From NCBI GenBank assembly GCA_942492995.1, contig OW818653.1, forward strand, positions 300,001-332,000: DNA of 32,000 nt, given 5' to 3'. The stretch is from an uncultured Erysipelotrichaceae bacterium (GTDB taxonomy: Bacteria > Bacillota_I > Bacilli_A > Erysipelotrichales > Erysipelotrichaceae). The notes beneath the pieces were generated by a model. It was not told the origin of the DNA and did not search any database. It saw only the letters and a list, made by a program, of their open reading frames with translations. Positions 8,337 to 17,372 of the stretch are shown here, in pieces. The number at the start of each line of letters is the position of its first letter. The first letter of the stretch is position 1. Both the position numbers and the translations under genes were made by a program.

Positions 8337-8368
8337 AACTCTTAGTTCTCTAAGAGTTTTTTATTTAT
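8337..8368 (+). terminator. Rho-independent terminator of the flagellar operon
   Basis: Stem AACTCTTAG (8337-8345) / CTAAGAGTT (8350-8358), loop TTCT, then TTTTATTT. Confidence 0.7.
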
Positions 8369-9084
8369 TGTTCAATTTTAATTAACTCATTTATAAAGAA
8401 ATCATGAATCATTTTTAGTACATCTTTATTGATCGGATATTCATCTAATATGCGATGTGGAACATTCTTTAATATAAATAATCGTTTATTTTGATGATAA
8501 ATAGATTCATAAGCATAATCACTACTTCTTAATGGAATTGTTTCGTCACTTGTGCCATGAAAAATAAGAACAGGACAATCGACATGTTTTATCGAATCTT
8601 TACATTTAGACACAATGTCTTTAAATGTATTTGTGAATGAATCAGGTAAAGGGGGATAATCATTTGATTGTATTTCTGGTCGTTTGATTATTTGGCGTGC
8701 AACACCTTCAACCGTGTCAATAATTGCTTTAATCGTGATGTACTCAAACGCAGGTGCTAATAAGACTAATCGTTCAACGTTGAACTTAGATGCTAAGTAT
8801 GACGCAATAACACCACCCATAGAGAAACCAATGAGTAATATCTTTTTATTCTCGCTTATTAGCTTGATTAAAGGCTGTTCTACACGATTTAACCATTGAT
8901 CAGGATTAATATCATCAAACTGCGTTTGATCAAAAATTTCCGGTATTACAACGGTATATCCTAATGTCTCGAAATATTCTTTTAGGACATTATATTCATG
9001 CGTTCTTCTAACGCCAAACCCATGTACACAATATAAAATAGGCTTCTCTTCTTCGGGATTAAAAAATCGTTTTAACCAGTTCAT
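8365..9084 (-). CDS. Alpha/beta hydrolase (carboxylesterase/lipase-like)
   Basis: 239 aa. Nucleophile elbow GFSMGG, HGF oxyanion region (LYCVHGFG), late HGTSDETIP and a C-terminal His. AAGAGG RBS. Confidence 0.8.
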   Translation of the reverse strand: MNWLKRFFNPEEEKPILYCVHGFGVRRTHEYNVLKEYFETLGYTVVIPEIFDQTQFDDINPDQWLNRVEQPLIKLISENKKILLIGFSMGGVIASYLASKFNVERLVLLAPAFEYITIKAIIDTVEGVARQIIKRPEIQSNDYPPLPDSFTNTFKDIVSKCKDSIKHVDCPVLIFHGTSDETIPLRSSDYAYESIYHQNKRLFILKNVPHRILDEYPINKDVLKMIHDFFINELIKIEQ

Positions 9085-9162
9085 ACAAATTCCTCTTATA
9101 ACATACTATAGTCTAGATATAAAAAATTTGCATCATGATATAATAATTAAAAAGGTGAAACT

Positions 9163-10032
9163 ATGAAAAAAATTGCGTGGATTGGGACCGGAGTCATGGG
9201 TAATGCGATGGTTGGACATCTTATCGATGCTGGTTATGAATGTTCACTCTATAATCGATCAAGCGAAAAGATGATGAACTTTGTCGGTAGAGCTTTAATT
9301 ACTGAATCAATTAAAGAAGTCGTTAAAGATGCGGATATTATATTCACAATGGTAGGTTATCCAAAAGATGTGTATGAAGTATATTGTGCAGAAAACGGGA
9401 TATTTAATCATTGTAAAAAAGGTGTTTTATGTGTTGATATGACCACATCTGCACCAAGTTTGGCAGAGGAATTATATGAAATCGCTAAGACTAAAAATAT
9501 ACGCATTATCGATGCCCCAGTATCGGGTGGTGATATTGGCGCAAAGAATGCGACATTATCGATTATGGTTGGTGGAGATAAAGCAGACTTTGATGAAGCA
9601 AGTGAATACTTTAACTATATGGGTAAACAAATCAGTTATATTGGCGCAAGTGGATCTGGTCAACACTGTAAAATGGCAAATCAAATCTTAGTGGCAGGGA
9701 ATATCGCGGCTGTGACTGAAGCACTTCTTTACATGGATTCAAAGAAACTTGATCAAACACTTGTTTTACAAGCGATTTCAGGTGGTGCAGCGGGTTCTTG
9801 GCAACTCACCAATAATGGCCCAAAAATTATAAAAGAGGATTATAATCCTGGTTTTTATATTCATCATTTCGTAAAAGATCTTAAACTAATTTGTGAAGAG
9901 GCAGAAAAAAACAATCTTGATCTAACGATTGTTAAGGAAGTTACGAAGAAATATGAACGATTATTAGAAAAAGGAAATGGATACTTAGGAACTCAAGCTC
10001 TTATAAAAGATTATCATGAATCAGGGAAGTAA
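9163..10032 (+). CDS. NAD(P)-dependent oxidoreductase, 3-hydroxyisobutyrate dehydrogenase (HIBADH/GarR) family
   Basis: N-terminal Rossmann motif IAWIGTGVMGNAMVGHL, DAPVSGG, and the catalytic-region K in GSGQHCKMANQI. 289 aa. Confidence 0.8.
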   Translation: MKKIAWIGTGVMGNAMVGHLIDAGYECSLYNRSSEKMMNFVGRALITESIKEVVKDADIIFTMVGYPKDVYEVYCAENGIFNHCKKGVLCVDMTTSAPSLAEELYEIAKTKNIRIIDAPVSGGDIGAKNATLSIMVGGDKADFDEASEYFNYMGKQISYIGASGSGQHCKMANQILVAGNIAAVTEALLYMDSKKLDQTLVLQAISGGAAGSWQLTNNGPKIIKEDYNPGFYIHHFVKDLKLICEEAEKNNLDLTIVKEVTKKYERLLEKGNGYLGTQALIKDYHESGK

Positions 10033-10956
10033 CTTATCCAGTAATTTCTGATTAAACGTAGTTGAAGTTTCATGTAATAAATGTCCTTCATCAAACAGCT
10101 CAACTGAATTCACCTCAACATATTTCTTAATCATCTCAATCGTATCGACACTTACCCAAGTGTCTTTTTTACCCCAAAATAAGTTTATTGGAATATCTTT
10201 CTGTGTGAATTCATCAATTAAAAAATTGTCGGATGTCTTCACAAAATCAATCAATGCGTTAATTGTACCTTTAGTTTTAAATGGAGCTAAATAAGCCTCA
10301 ACCATTTCATTACTTGGTTTCTGAGCTGAAGCACTTTCTAGAAATGATGTAAATTGTGTTTCATTAATCAAGAAATAACGTAACCCAACTTTTAGCCATT
10401 GTCCAATTGGTGTATAGAATAACCATTTATTTGAATTGGTATCCTCTGTAATAGCTCCCGCAATTAAATTAATCGAACTGACCTTATTCGGTTTCTGTTC
10501 TGCCATCGCTAAAATTGTAGAACCACCCATTGAATGACCAACTAAATGCCAAGCATCTATTAATTTATTCTCATCATCATAGTAATCAAGAAATTCCAAT
10601 ATTAAACGTGCTCGATTTACTTGTGAATGATCAATCCCACTCTCTTTTGAACTATACCCAAATGCAGGTAAATCGATTGATATAACCTGATAACCTTGTT
10701 GGGCAAAAAATGGCGCATTGTTTCTAAAGCTTGCGGAAGATGCCCCAAGTCCATGAATAAACACTATTTTACCTTTGTACACATTTTCATTTGGATACAC
10801 TTGAGCATGTAAACGGATATTATCTGAGCTGGTGAAAAAGACAGAGTTCGGATAAGGTGATTCTGGAATGGACTGATTAAATTCAGTTGGAATAAAATAA
10901 GGCAAAATTAAAAGGATGAATAGAATGATTAAAATAACACGATACGATTTCTTCAT
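10021..10956 (-). CDS. Membrane-anchored alpha/beta hydrolase
   Basis: N-terminal hydrophobic helix (VILIILFILLILPYF), HGLGAS, nucleophile elbow GHSMGG. 311 aa. Its 3' end overlaps the convergent dehydrogenase gene by 12 nt. No obvious SD. Confidence 0.75.
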   Translation of the reverse strand: MKKSYRVILIILFILLILPYFIPTEFNQSIPESPYPNSVFFTSSDNIRLHAQVYPNENVYKGKIVFIHGLGASSASFRNNAPFFAQQGYQVISIDLPAFGYSSKESGIDHSQVNRARLILEFLDYYDDENKLIDAWHLVGHSMGGSTILAMAEQKPNKVSSINLIAGAITEDTNSNKWLFYTPIGQWLKVGLRYFLINETQFTSFLESASAQKPSNEMVEAYLAPFKTKGTINALIDFVKTSDNFLIDEFTQKDIPINLFWGKKDTWVSVDTIEMIKKYVEVNSVELFDEGHLLHETSTTFNQKLLDKLLP

Positions 10957-11080
10957 ATTTTAGTTATGAAGCATTTTTATAAGAAACGCAATTAAAATGC
11001 GATTTAATATATTAATACGGTAAAAATGTTATAGATAGTCGTTAAACAAACTATCTCAATTAAGTGTTAAGATAATAATA

Positions 11081-12403
11081 ATGAAACAATTAACACACAA
11101 TGATCTATCAGCACTTAGTGAATTCACAAAATTGAATCCATTCCTTTTTAATAAAGATGGACTTATTAATCATGAAAATACGAATGTTTTTGAAATAAAA
11201 CGCTTAAATGAATGTGTTAAATGGAATGAACTCTATGATATATTCTGTTTAAATCCTAATTCACAAATAGAGATAGAAATTACCGAAAATAAGAATAATC
11301 CAGTTTGGGTTTTAATTATCGGACAAAGTGTTACATATGAGAATCAAATTGTCATATTAGCCTACTTCTATAATATTAGTAATATGAAACGAAAGAGTTT
11401 TGAACTTGAACGTTCAACGCGTTTACGTGCTTTAATGTTAGAAGTTACGCAATCAATATTTATTGCGGACACAATCGAAGAAATATTTGATTTGAGCTTA
11501 GCGAATTCAATAAAAGCACTTGAAAAATCAAACTATGGATCAATTATGGTAAAACGTGACCAGTTCTTTAAAGCTGTTTCATATATTGGATTCCCAGATG
11601 AAATTGTAGATTTTAATTTACCATGTGAAGAGAGTTTTTTAGCGAAGAACACAGAAGGCAAAATGGATCGTTTTGTGTGTTTAAATGAAGATCAATTAGG
11701 GTCATTAACGAACTTTAAAATCGATGATACAGAGAATAAAACGCAGATACGATCCACATTAACAGGTCCAATTACGATTCAAGGAAAATTGTTTGGGATA
11801 ATTAACATCGATTCATTCGAAAATAATGCGTTTGATGATTCAGATGTTCAAACGATGGAGTTTATTCGTAATAATATTGAAATCGCAATTACCAATCATC
11901 AACTTTATCAAGAAAAACTTGTATTATCTCGTCATGATAATTTAACAGGATTATACAATCGTCATTATTTTGAGGAACAATTCGAAATAAACCGTAAACG
12001 TGCGAATCGTTATAATGAAACATTCTGTTTAGTATTGTTTGATGTGGATCATTTTAAATCTGTAAATGATATTTATGGACATTATGTTGGTGATCAAGTT
12101 TTGAAATTTATCTCAAAGGAACTCTTAGATAACCAAAGAGAAAGCGATATTTTAGCTCGTTTTGGTGGGGATGAGTTTATTGGAATACTATATGAAACAA
12201 GTCCAAGTGAATTAAGTAAAAAGTATGTTAGTTTAAATCAATATCTCGTAAATCAAAAGATTAAAATTGATCAAACGCTAATTGCCAGTTCATTTAGTTT
12301 TGGGATTGCGCAATATCCAAATGATGGGGCTAATTTAGATGATTTAGTAAAAGTCGCAGATTTTGAAATGTACAAGAATAAACGTTCAAGACGTAAAGAT
12401 TAA
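11081..12403 (+). CDS. GAF-domain diguanylate cyclase (GGDEF) with intact active site and I-site
   Basis: The C-terminal domain has HDNLTGLYNRHYF, DVDHFKSVND, RFGGDEFIG (GGDEF) and RESD five residues upstream (RxxD I-site). The middle ~160 aa is GAF-like (GPITIQGKLFGIINIDS). No TM segment. No SD before the ATG. Confidence 0.85.
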   Translation: MKQLTHNDLSALSEFTKLNPFLFNKDGLINHENTNVFEIKRLNECVKWNELYDIFCLNPNSQIEIEITENKNNPVWVLIIGQSVTYENQIVILAYFYNISNMKRKSFELERSTRLRALMLEVTQSIFIADTIEEIFDLSLANSIKALEKSNYGSIMVKRDQFFKAVSYIGFPDEIVDFNLPCEESFLAKNTEGKMDRFVCLNEDQLGSLTNFKIDDTENKTQIRSTLTGPITIQGKLFGIINIDSFENNAFDDSDVQTMEFIRNNIEIAITNHQLYQEKLVLSRHDNLTGLYNRHYFEEQFEINRKRANRYNETFCLVLFDVDHFKSVNDIYGHYVGDQVLKFISKELLDNQRESDILARFGGDEFIGILYETSPSELSKKYVSLNQYLVNQKIKIDQTLIASSFSFGIAQYPNDGANLDDLVKVADFEMYKNKRSRRKD

Positions 12404-12428
12404 TAAAAAACACATCGATTGATGTGTT
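12402..12428 (-). terminator. Intrinsic terminator (minus-strand orientation, partly bidirectional)
   Basis: Stem AACACATC / GATGTGTT (12409-12416 / 12421-12428), loop GATT. An A-run on the plus side gives a U-run for the minus transcript. It overlaps the stop of the minus-strand gene. Confidence 0.55.
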
Positions 12429-13503
12429 ATACGTTAATAATATTAAATCCAGCTGCTTTCTTTAATCGATTCATTAGTGCTAAACCAAGATCATCTTCAC
12501 TGAATGATTCTGCGAATATCACTTGAATTCCTTGTTTATCACATTCTCTTAAACAGTTGAATAAATTTGAAGCCAGTTCATCTGGCTTATTTATACTGCC
12601 AAGACTCATGACGATTGTATTTATATAGTTATCTTTATGTTCATCACATGTGATAACCGCATTCTTCAAATTTCCATTATTCGCATGTTCGACTTCAGAT
12701 TGAATACGACGAACCATATTATCAGATAAACCTTTATAGATTGTTAGTTGTGCATTTGGCGCATAATGTGTATATTTCATGCCTGGTGATTTTGGCTTAT
12801 CAACAGACATATGTATACTTTCATCGATGTTAATCGGTCCAATAATCGATTCAATTTGTGCGACTGTTACACCACCTGGTCTAAGTAATGTTGGAATATT
12901 AGTACTCATATCAAGCACCGTAGACTCTAATCCAATACGACTTTGATTGGCGGTAATAATCATATCAACGCGACCTATCATATCATTCAATACATGTTCA
13001 GCTTCAGTAGGACTTGGTTTTCCTGATAGATTAGCACTTGGCGCAGCGATTGGAACACCTGCTAACTCAATTAATTTCAGCGCGATCGGATGATCAGGCA
13101 TACGAATTCCAACTGTATCTAAGTTCGCACTTACAAGATTCGGTATTTTATCTGAATGTTTTAATATAATGGTTAATGCGCCTGGCCAAAAAGCATCAAT
13201 GAGTTTCTTACAATTCGTATTTAATGGCTTATCAATTAATGAATTTACCATCTCAATATTAGACACATGGACAATCAAAGGATTATCCTGTGGACGTCCT
13301 TTCGCAATAAAAATCTTCGCGACCGCATCATTGGATAATGCGTTTGCGCCAAGTCCATATACTGTTTCAGTAGGGAAGATAACAGTCTTTCCTTCACGAA
13401 TAAAAGTAGCGGCTTGGATTAATGCGTTTGTATCGATATCCATCGAATCAATGTGTAATGTGATTGTGTTTTTCATACTATTGGTAATTTTAACGCATAT
13501 CAT
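12427..13503 (-). CDS. L-threonylcarbamoyladenylate synthase, Sua5/YwlC type (t6A biosynthesis)
   Basis: YrdC-domain signature GKTVIFPTETVYGLGANA, plus SANLSGKPSPT and a C-terminal Sua5 domain. An alternative start at 13476 (MKNTITL) is possible. Neither start has a good SD. Confidence 0.85.
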   Translation of the reverse strand: MICVKITNSMKNTITLHIDSMDIDTNALIQAATFIREGKTVIFPTETVYGLGANALSNDAVAKIFIAKGRPQDNPLIVHVSNIEMVNSLIDKPLNTNCKKLIDAFWPGALTIILKHSDKIPNLVSANLDTVGIRMPDHPIALKLIELAGVPIAAPSANLSGKPSPTEAEHVLNDMIGRVDMIITANQSRIGLESTVLDMSTNIPTLLRPGGVTVAQIESIIGPINIDESIHMSVDKPKSPGMKYTHYAPNAQLTIYKGLSDNMVRRIQSEVEHANNGNLKNAVITCDEHKDNYINTIVMSLGSINKPDELASNLFNCLRECDKQGIQVIFAESFSEDDLGLALMNRLKKAAGFNIINV

Positions 13504-13520
13504 TCAAGATGTAAAAATAA

Positions 13521-14372
13521 TTATGAAAATAAGTCATTAAGTAATGCGAGTTCTTCTGCACTAAATGTATCCCATTCTTCTAAATCACCATTCGTATAAC
13601 CTTTATAAAACCAGTTACGTCTTTGTGCAGATGTACCATGTGTAAAGTTATCGGGGGTTACACGACCAGTCGCTTCTTCTTGAATACGATCATCCCCAAC
13701 AGCGCTTGCGGCATTTAATGCCTCATCTAAATCGCCTTCTTCAAGATAACCCATTCCTTGGACATGCTTTGCCCAAACACCCGCTAAATAATCGGCTTGT
13801 AGTTCTAGTTTTACCGATAATTGATTAAATTCTGTTGTGCTTAATTGTGATCTAAGAGAATTATATTCTTCGAGAATACCAGTTAAGTGTTGGATATGAT
13901 GACCAATTTCATGCGCAATAACATATGCCATCGCAAAATCACCCGGCGCATTAAAATCAGTTCTAAGTTGTTTATAGAAAATTAAATCGATGTATACACT
14001 TTGGTCTTCTGAACAATAGAATGGTCCAACGGATGATGACGCAAATCCACATCCTGTATTCGTAGAGTCTTTATATAAGACAAGTGTTGCGGGAGAGTAA
14101 GTCATATCATATTGTTCAAAAATGGATGTCCAAACTGTTTCAGTATCATTTAATACTACCGATACAAATTCACCCATTTGAACTTCTTCAGCGGTTAGGT
14201 CAGTAGATGTACTTCCACCTTGATTAAACAATGAACCGAGTAGAGCACTTGGATCACCTGTTAATAAGGTGTATACCAATAAAACCACAATCCCAACACC
14301 ACCAACTGCCGCACCACCTGTTAATCGTCTATCTGAAACATTACGACTCCCAGTTCGTCCTTGCCATTTCAT
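13521..14372 (-). CDS. ypfJ: YpfJ-family neutral zinc metallopeptidase
   Basis: MKWQGRTGSRNVSDRR start, one TM helix, HExxH (AHEIGHH), QADYLAGVWA. Strong AAGGAGG RBS. Confidence 0.8.
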   Translation of the reverse strand: MKWQGRTGSRNVSDRRLTGGAAVGGVGIVVLLVYTLLTGDPSALLGSLFNQGGSTSTDLTAEEVQMGEFVSVVLNDTETVWTSIFEQYDMTYSPATLVLYKDSTNTGCGFASSSVGPFYCSEDQSVYIDLIFYKQLRTDFNAPGDFAMAYVIAHEIGHHIQHLTGILEEYNSLRSQLSTTEFNQLSVKLELQADYLAGVWAKHVQGMGYLEEGDLDEALNAASAVGDDRIQEEATGRVTPDNFTHGTSAQRRNWFYKGYTNGDLEEWDTFSAEELALLNDLFS

Positions 14373-14391
14373 AAAAGTCCTCCTTTATTGT

Positions 14392-14420
14392 TTGGTAAAC
14401 GTATAAATATCGAGTATAAT
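14392..14420 (+). promoter_or_regulatory. Candidate sigma-A promoter positioned for a leaderless transcript
   Basis: TTGGTA (14392-14397), 17-nt spacer, TATAAT (14415-14420). The second in-frame ATG (14428) lies 7-8 nt downstream of the -10 box. Confidence 0.35.
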
Positions 14421-14421
14421 A

Positions 14422-14769
14422 ATGACTATGATTGTACTTGCACATATAAAACTTGATCCAACTAAAATGGATAAAAATGAGATTAAATTGATTCTAACAT
14501 CGTATTTTAATGAAGGGAATAAGTTTATTACTGTAGAATGGTTTGACTTAAGTTTAAACCAAGCCCAAACAGAATTCTATTATATGGATTTAGTCCATGA
14601 AGCTCAAAAGATAGGATTCGATGTCTATTGTATTATGTCACAACGTGTAGCGGAGAACCTCGTTCGTTATAAGAGACTCATGTTTGTCGATACGATTTGG
14701 CTAGGTAAATTTAAATTTAAGGAAATCAAATTTACACTTCCATATAATCGACCTGATTTAATGCGCTAA
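14422..14769 (+). CDS. Hypothetical protein (no recognisable family)
   Basis: 115-aa ORF ending in a clean terminator. No SD. The start could be 14422 or 14428. I recognise no motif in it. Confidence 0.5.
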   Translation: MTMIVLAHIKLDPTKMDKNEIKLILTSYFNEGNKFITVEWFDLSLNQAQTEFYYMDLVHEAQKIGFDVYCIMSQRVAENLVRYKRLMFVDTIWLGKFKFKEIKFTLPYNRPDLMR

Positions 14770-14790
14770 CCCATCACTGATGGGTTTTTA
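14768..14790 (+). terminator. Rho-independent terminator
   Basis: Stem AACCCATC (14768-14775) / GATGGGTT (14779-14786), then TTTA. Abuts the stop of the convergent MBL gene. Confidence 0.6.
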
Positions 14791-15615
14791 TATCTCTTGA
14801 ACACTTCCAACTGAATTATATACAATTTTATCTTGCATAATCGTTTTCATTAACTCATATGCTTTTATTCCTGTACAATGCCCAGTATAAAATATTGCGT
14901 TCGTTTTTAATAATTCATTCGCTATTTGTTTTAGTCGATCATCATCTTCATAGGTATCAAGCGTTAAGTTATAACAGTGAAACCCTCCATATACATAATC
15001 AATTGTAAAATGAGTACGTTCTGATATTTGTTCAATTGTATTCACAATACCATTGTGTGCGCATCCAGCCATTAAGATAATCTTATTATGATCACGTAGG
15101 ATAAGATTCTGCTCATGTGTAAACGTATCTAGCTTAACCAAGTCAAATCGTTTTTCCATTAGTACAGAATTTCCTAATGGACTAAGTTTATTTTGTTTAA
15201 TCCCTGAATAAAGAATGAGTGAATCATCAATCACATACGAATCATGATTGATTAATCGAATTTGTTTGTGTCGCATTAATTCTTTATTTAATCCAATATA
15301 GTTTAATTCATTATTAGATTTCTTTGAGTAATACTCATTAAACGCATTTTGATTAAGATAGATGATTGCTTTATGATTAATGTCCAAAAAGTCCTTTAAA
15401 CCACCACCATGATCATAATGACCATGCGATATGATTACAATATCAATTTGTGTTAAATCGATCTTCAATAATTTTGCGTTATCTATAAACGCATTGCCTT
15501 GTCCGCAGTCAAAAAGTATTTTATGGTGATCTGTTTCAATGTAATAACTCAAACCATGTTCGCATTTTAAATCGGGTTTATAAGAGATATTATCAATCAA
15601 ATTCGTAATTTTCAT
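14788..15615 (-). CDS. MBL-fold metallo-hydrolase (COG1237-like)
   Basis: HxHxDH motif (ISHGHYDHGGG), EHGLSYYIE near the N-terminus, later GCAH and GHCTG. AAGGAG RBS. Confidence 0.8.
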   Translation of the reverse strand: MKITNLIDNISYKPDLKCEHGLSYYIETDHHKILFDCGQGNAFIDNAKLLKIDLTQIDIVIISHGHYDHGGGLKDFLDINHKAIIYLNQNAFNEYYSKKSNNELNYIGLNKELMRHKQIRLINHDSYVIDDSLILYSGIKQNKLSPLGNSVLMEKRFDLVKLDTFTHEQNLILRDHNKIILMAGCAHNGIVNTIEQISERTHFTIDYVYGGFHCYNLTLDTYEDDDRLKQIANELLKTNAIFYTGHCTGIKAYELMKTIMQDKIVYNSVGSVQEI

Positions 15616-15744
15616 TTTTAGTTCTCCTTTTAAAGGTGAATCAATAATCTATACTTTTATTATAGACTTTGTGTGTTATATTTTATATTGAATCAGTTAA
15701 AATAAACGTAATATGTATTAACTTTGGGGAAAGTTGGGGGAAAT

Positions 15745-16377
15745 ATGGAACCGTCTAGATGTAATAGATGTGGGGCATGGGTGTATGATGGTGCACCATT
15801 ATGTCCAAATTGTGCGCTTAGGTATAATGAGGTTTATAATAATTCATCAAGAAGTGTGGTTAAACCAGTAATAAAGAAAACAGCTTCAAAGCCGGTAAAA
15901 GTAATGATAGGTGTAAGTGTATTTATCGTACTTGTATTAAGTTTTTATTTTTTTGGTTACAGTAGAATTTTTAATCGAATCGATTTTGAATCATTTCCGC
16001 CACATGCACAAGTTTTTGAATATGATTTAGAGTTGTTTCAAACAACGAAGAATAGTCCATTAATCTTAGAAACAGATAATAATTATGCTTATTTTGTGAA
16101 GATTATTGATCAAAAGAATGAGAATACAATTCTCTCTGTATTTCTTTATCCAAGCGAATCCTATGAAATTAAAATACCTGTAGGAGATTATCGCATTGAA
16201 TATGCGTTTGGTAAGCGTTGGGAGAATATTCTAACGTATTTTGGGGATGATACACAGAATATGCAAATTGTAGAACAATTAAACTTTACACAAGAAAGCG
16301 GTTATCATATTAAATTAGGTCATAATGAATCGATTCAATTGGGGCTAATATCAATTAATATATCTGATTATAAATAA
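15745..16377 (+). CDS. Zinc-ribbon, single-pass membrane protein of unknown function
   Basis: ATG 15745 preceded by GTTGGGGGAAAT (the ORF-track TTG at 15724 is less likely). CNRCG...CPNC zinc ribbon, TM helix IGVSVFIVLVLSFYFFGY, then a ~130-aa beta-rich extracytoplasmic domain. Confidence 0.6.
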   Translation: MEPSRCNRCGAWVYDGAPLCPNCALRYNEVYNNSSRSVVKPVIKKTASKPVKVMIGVSVFIVLVLSFYFFGYSRIFNRIDFESFPPHAQVFEYDLELFQTTKNSPLILETDNNYAYFVKIIDQKNENTILSVFLYPSESYEIKIPVGDYRIEYAFGKRWENILTYFGDDTQNMQIVEQLNFTQESGYHIKLGHNESIQLGLISINISDYK

Positions 16378-16412
16378 AAAGATTATACTATAAATAGTAG
16401 TGGAGGTCAGAT

Positions 16413-17306
16413 ATGAAAACTGTACAACGGTTAAAAGATGCTTATACCAATGGCAGATTAGAAATGTTTGATGAAACATCTAAGTATGTTTTTTTGAGCG
16501 ATTGTCATAGAGGGAATGGGAATCAAGCAGATGAATTCACTAAGAATCAGAATACATTTCAATATGCTTTGAGTTTCTATTATCAACGTGGATTTACGTA
16601 TGTTGAAGTTGGGGATGGGGATGAACTTTGGGAACATCCACGTATTAAAGATATTAAGAATGCACATTTTGAAACATTTGAAATTATCAAACGATTTCAC
16701 CAAAATAATCGATTTATATTAATCTTTGGGAATCATAATATCTATTTAAAAGACCCTAACTATGTAGAAAAGAATTTATTTAAACATTTAAATGAGCATT
16801 CTGGACAAGAAGTTGATTTTTTAAATGGCATTAAACCAGAAGAAGGATTAGTTTTGAAACATAAACGAACAGGGCAACAGATTTTCGTTGTACATGGTCA
16901 TCAAGGTGATTTCTCAAACGATCAATTCTGGTATTTGAATATGTTGTCTCTAAAGTATTTCTGGAGATTTCTACATGCGGTTGGTGTTCAAAACCCATCA
17001 AGTCCTGTTAAAAATGAATTTAAACGCCACAAAATTGAGAAGAATTATGTGAAGTGGATTGATAAATACCGAATGATGTTAATCTGTGGGCATACGCATC
17101 GTTTGAAATTTCCTAAAAAGGATGACTTACCCTATTTCAATACTGGATGTTGTATCTATCCAACAAGTTTGACCGCAATTGAACTTGAGAACAGTGAAAT
17201 AACCTTTGTCCGATGGAAAATACAAGCGAATGAAGAAGGTATGTTACAAGTAGAACGTAATGTTATACATGGACCAAGTCCAATCGAAAATTTTGATATA
17301 CGATAA
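16413..17306 (+). CDS. Calcineurin-like metallophosphoesterase
   Basis: Motifs LSDCHRG (DxH), GDGDELWE (GDxxD), FGNHN (GNH), HGHQGD, GHTH. GGAGG RBS. No terminator separates it from the upstream zinc-ribbon gene. Confidence 0.8.
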   Translation: MKTVQRLKDAYTNGRLEMFDETSKYVFLSDCHRGNGNQADEFTKNQNTFQYALSFYYQRGFTYVEVGDGDELWEHPRIKDIKNAHFETFEIIKRFHQNNRFILIFGNHNIYLKDPNYVEKNLFKHLNEHSGQEVDFLNGIKPEEGLVLKHKRTGQQIFVVHGHQGDFSNDQFWYLNMLSLKYFWRFLHAVGVQNPSSPVKNEFKRHKIEKNYVKWIDKYRMMLICGHTHRLKFPKKDDLPYFNTGCCIYPTSLTAIELENSEITFVRWKIQANEEGMLQVERNVIHGPSPIENFDIR

Positions 17307-17330
17307 CGAGAAGAGATTCTCGTTTTTTTA
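17306..17330 (+). terminator. Rho-independent terminator
   Basis: Stem ACGAGAA / TTCTCGT (17306-17312 / 17317-17323), loop GAGA, then TTTTTT. Confidence 0.7.
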
Positions 17331-17372
17331 TCTGAAATCGTTTACACTAGAGATATAATGTTAGGAGATTCT

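Noticed and set aside
10021-10032. 12-nt overlap of the convergent dehydrogenase and hydrolase 3' ends with no terminator between them.
   Set aside because: Short convergent overlaps are common in compact genomes, and nothing further is encoded there.
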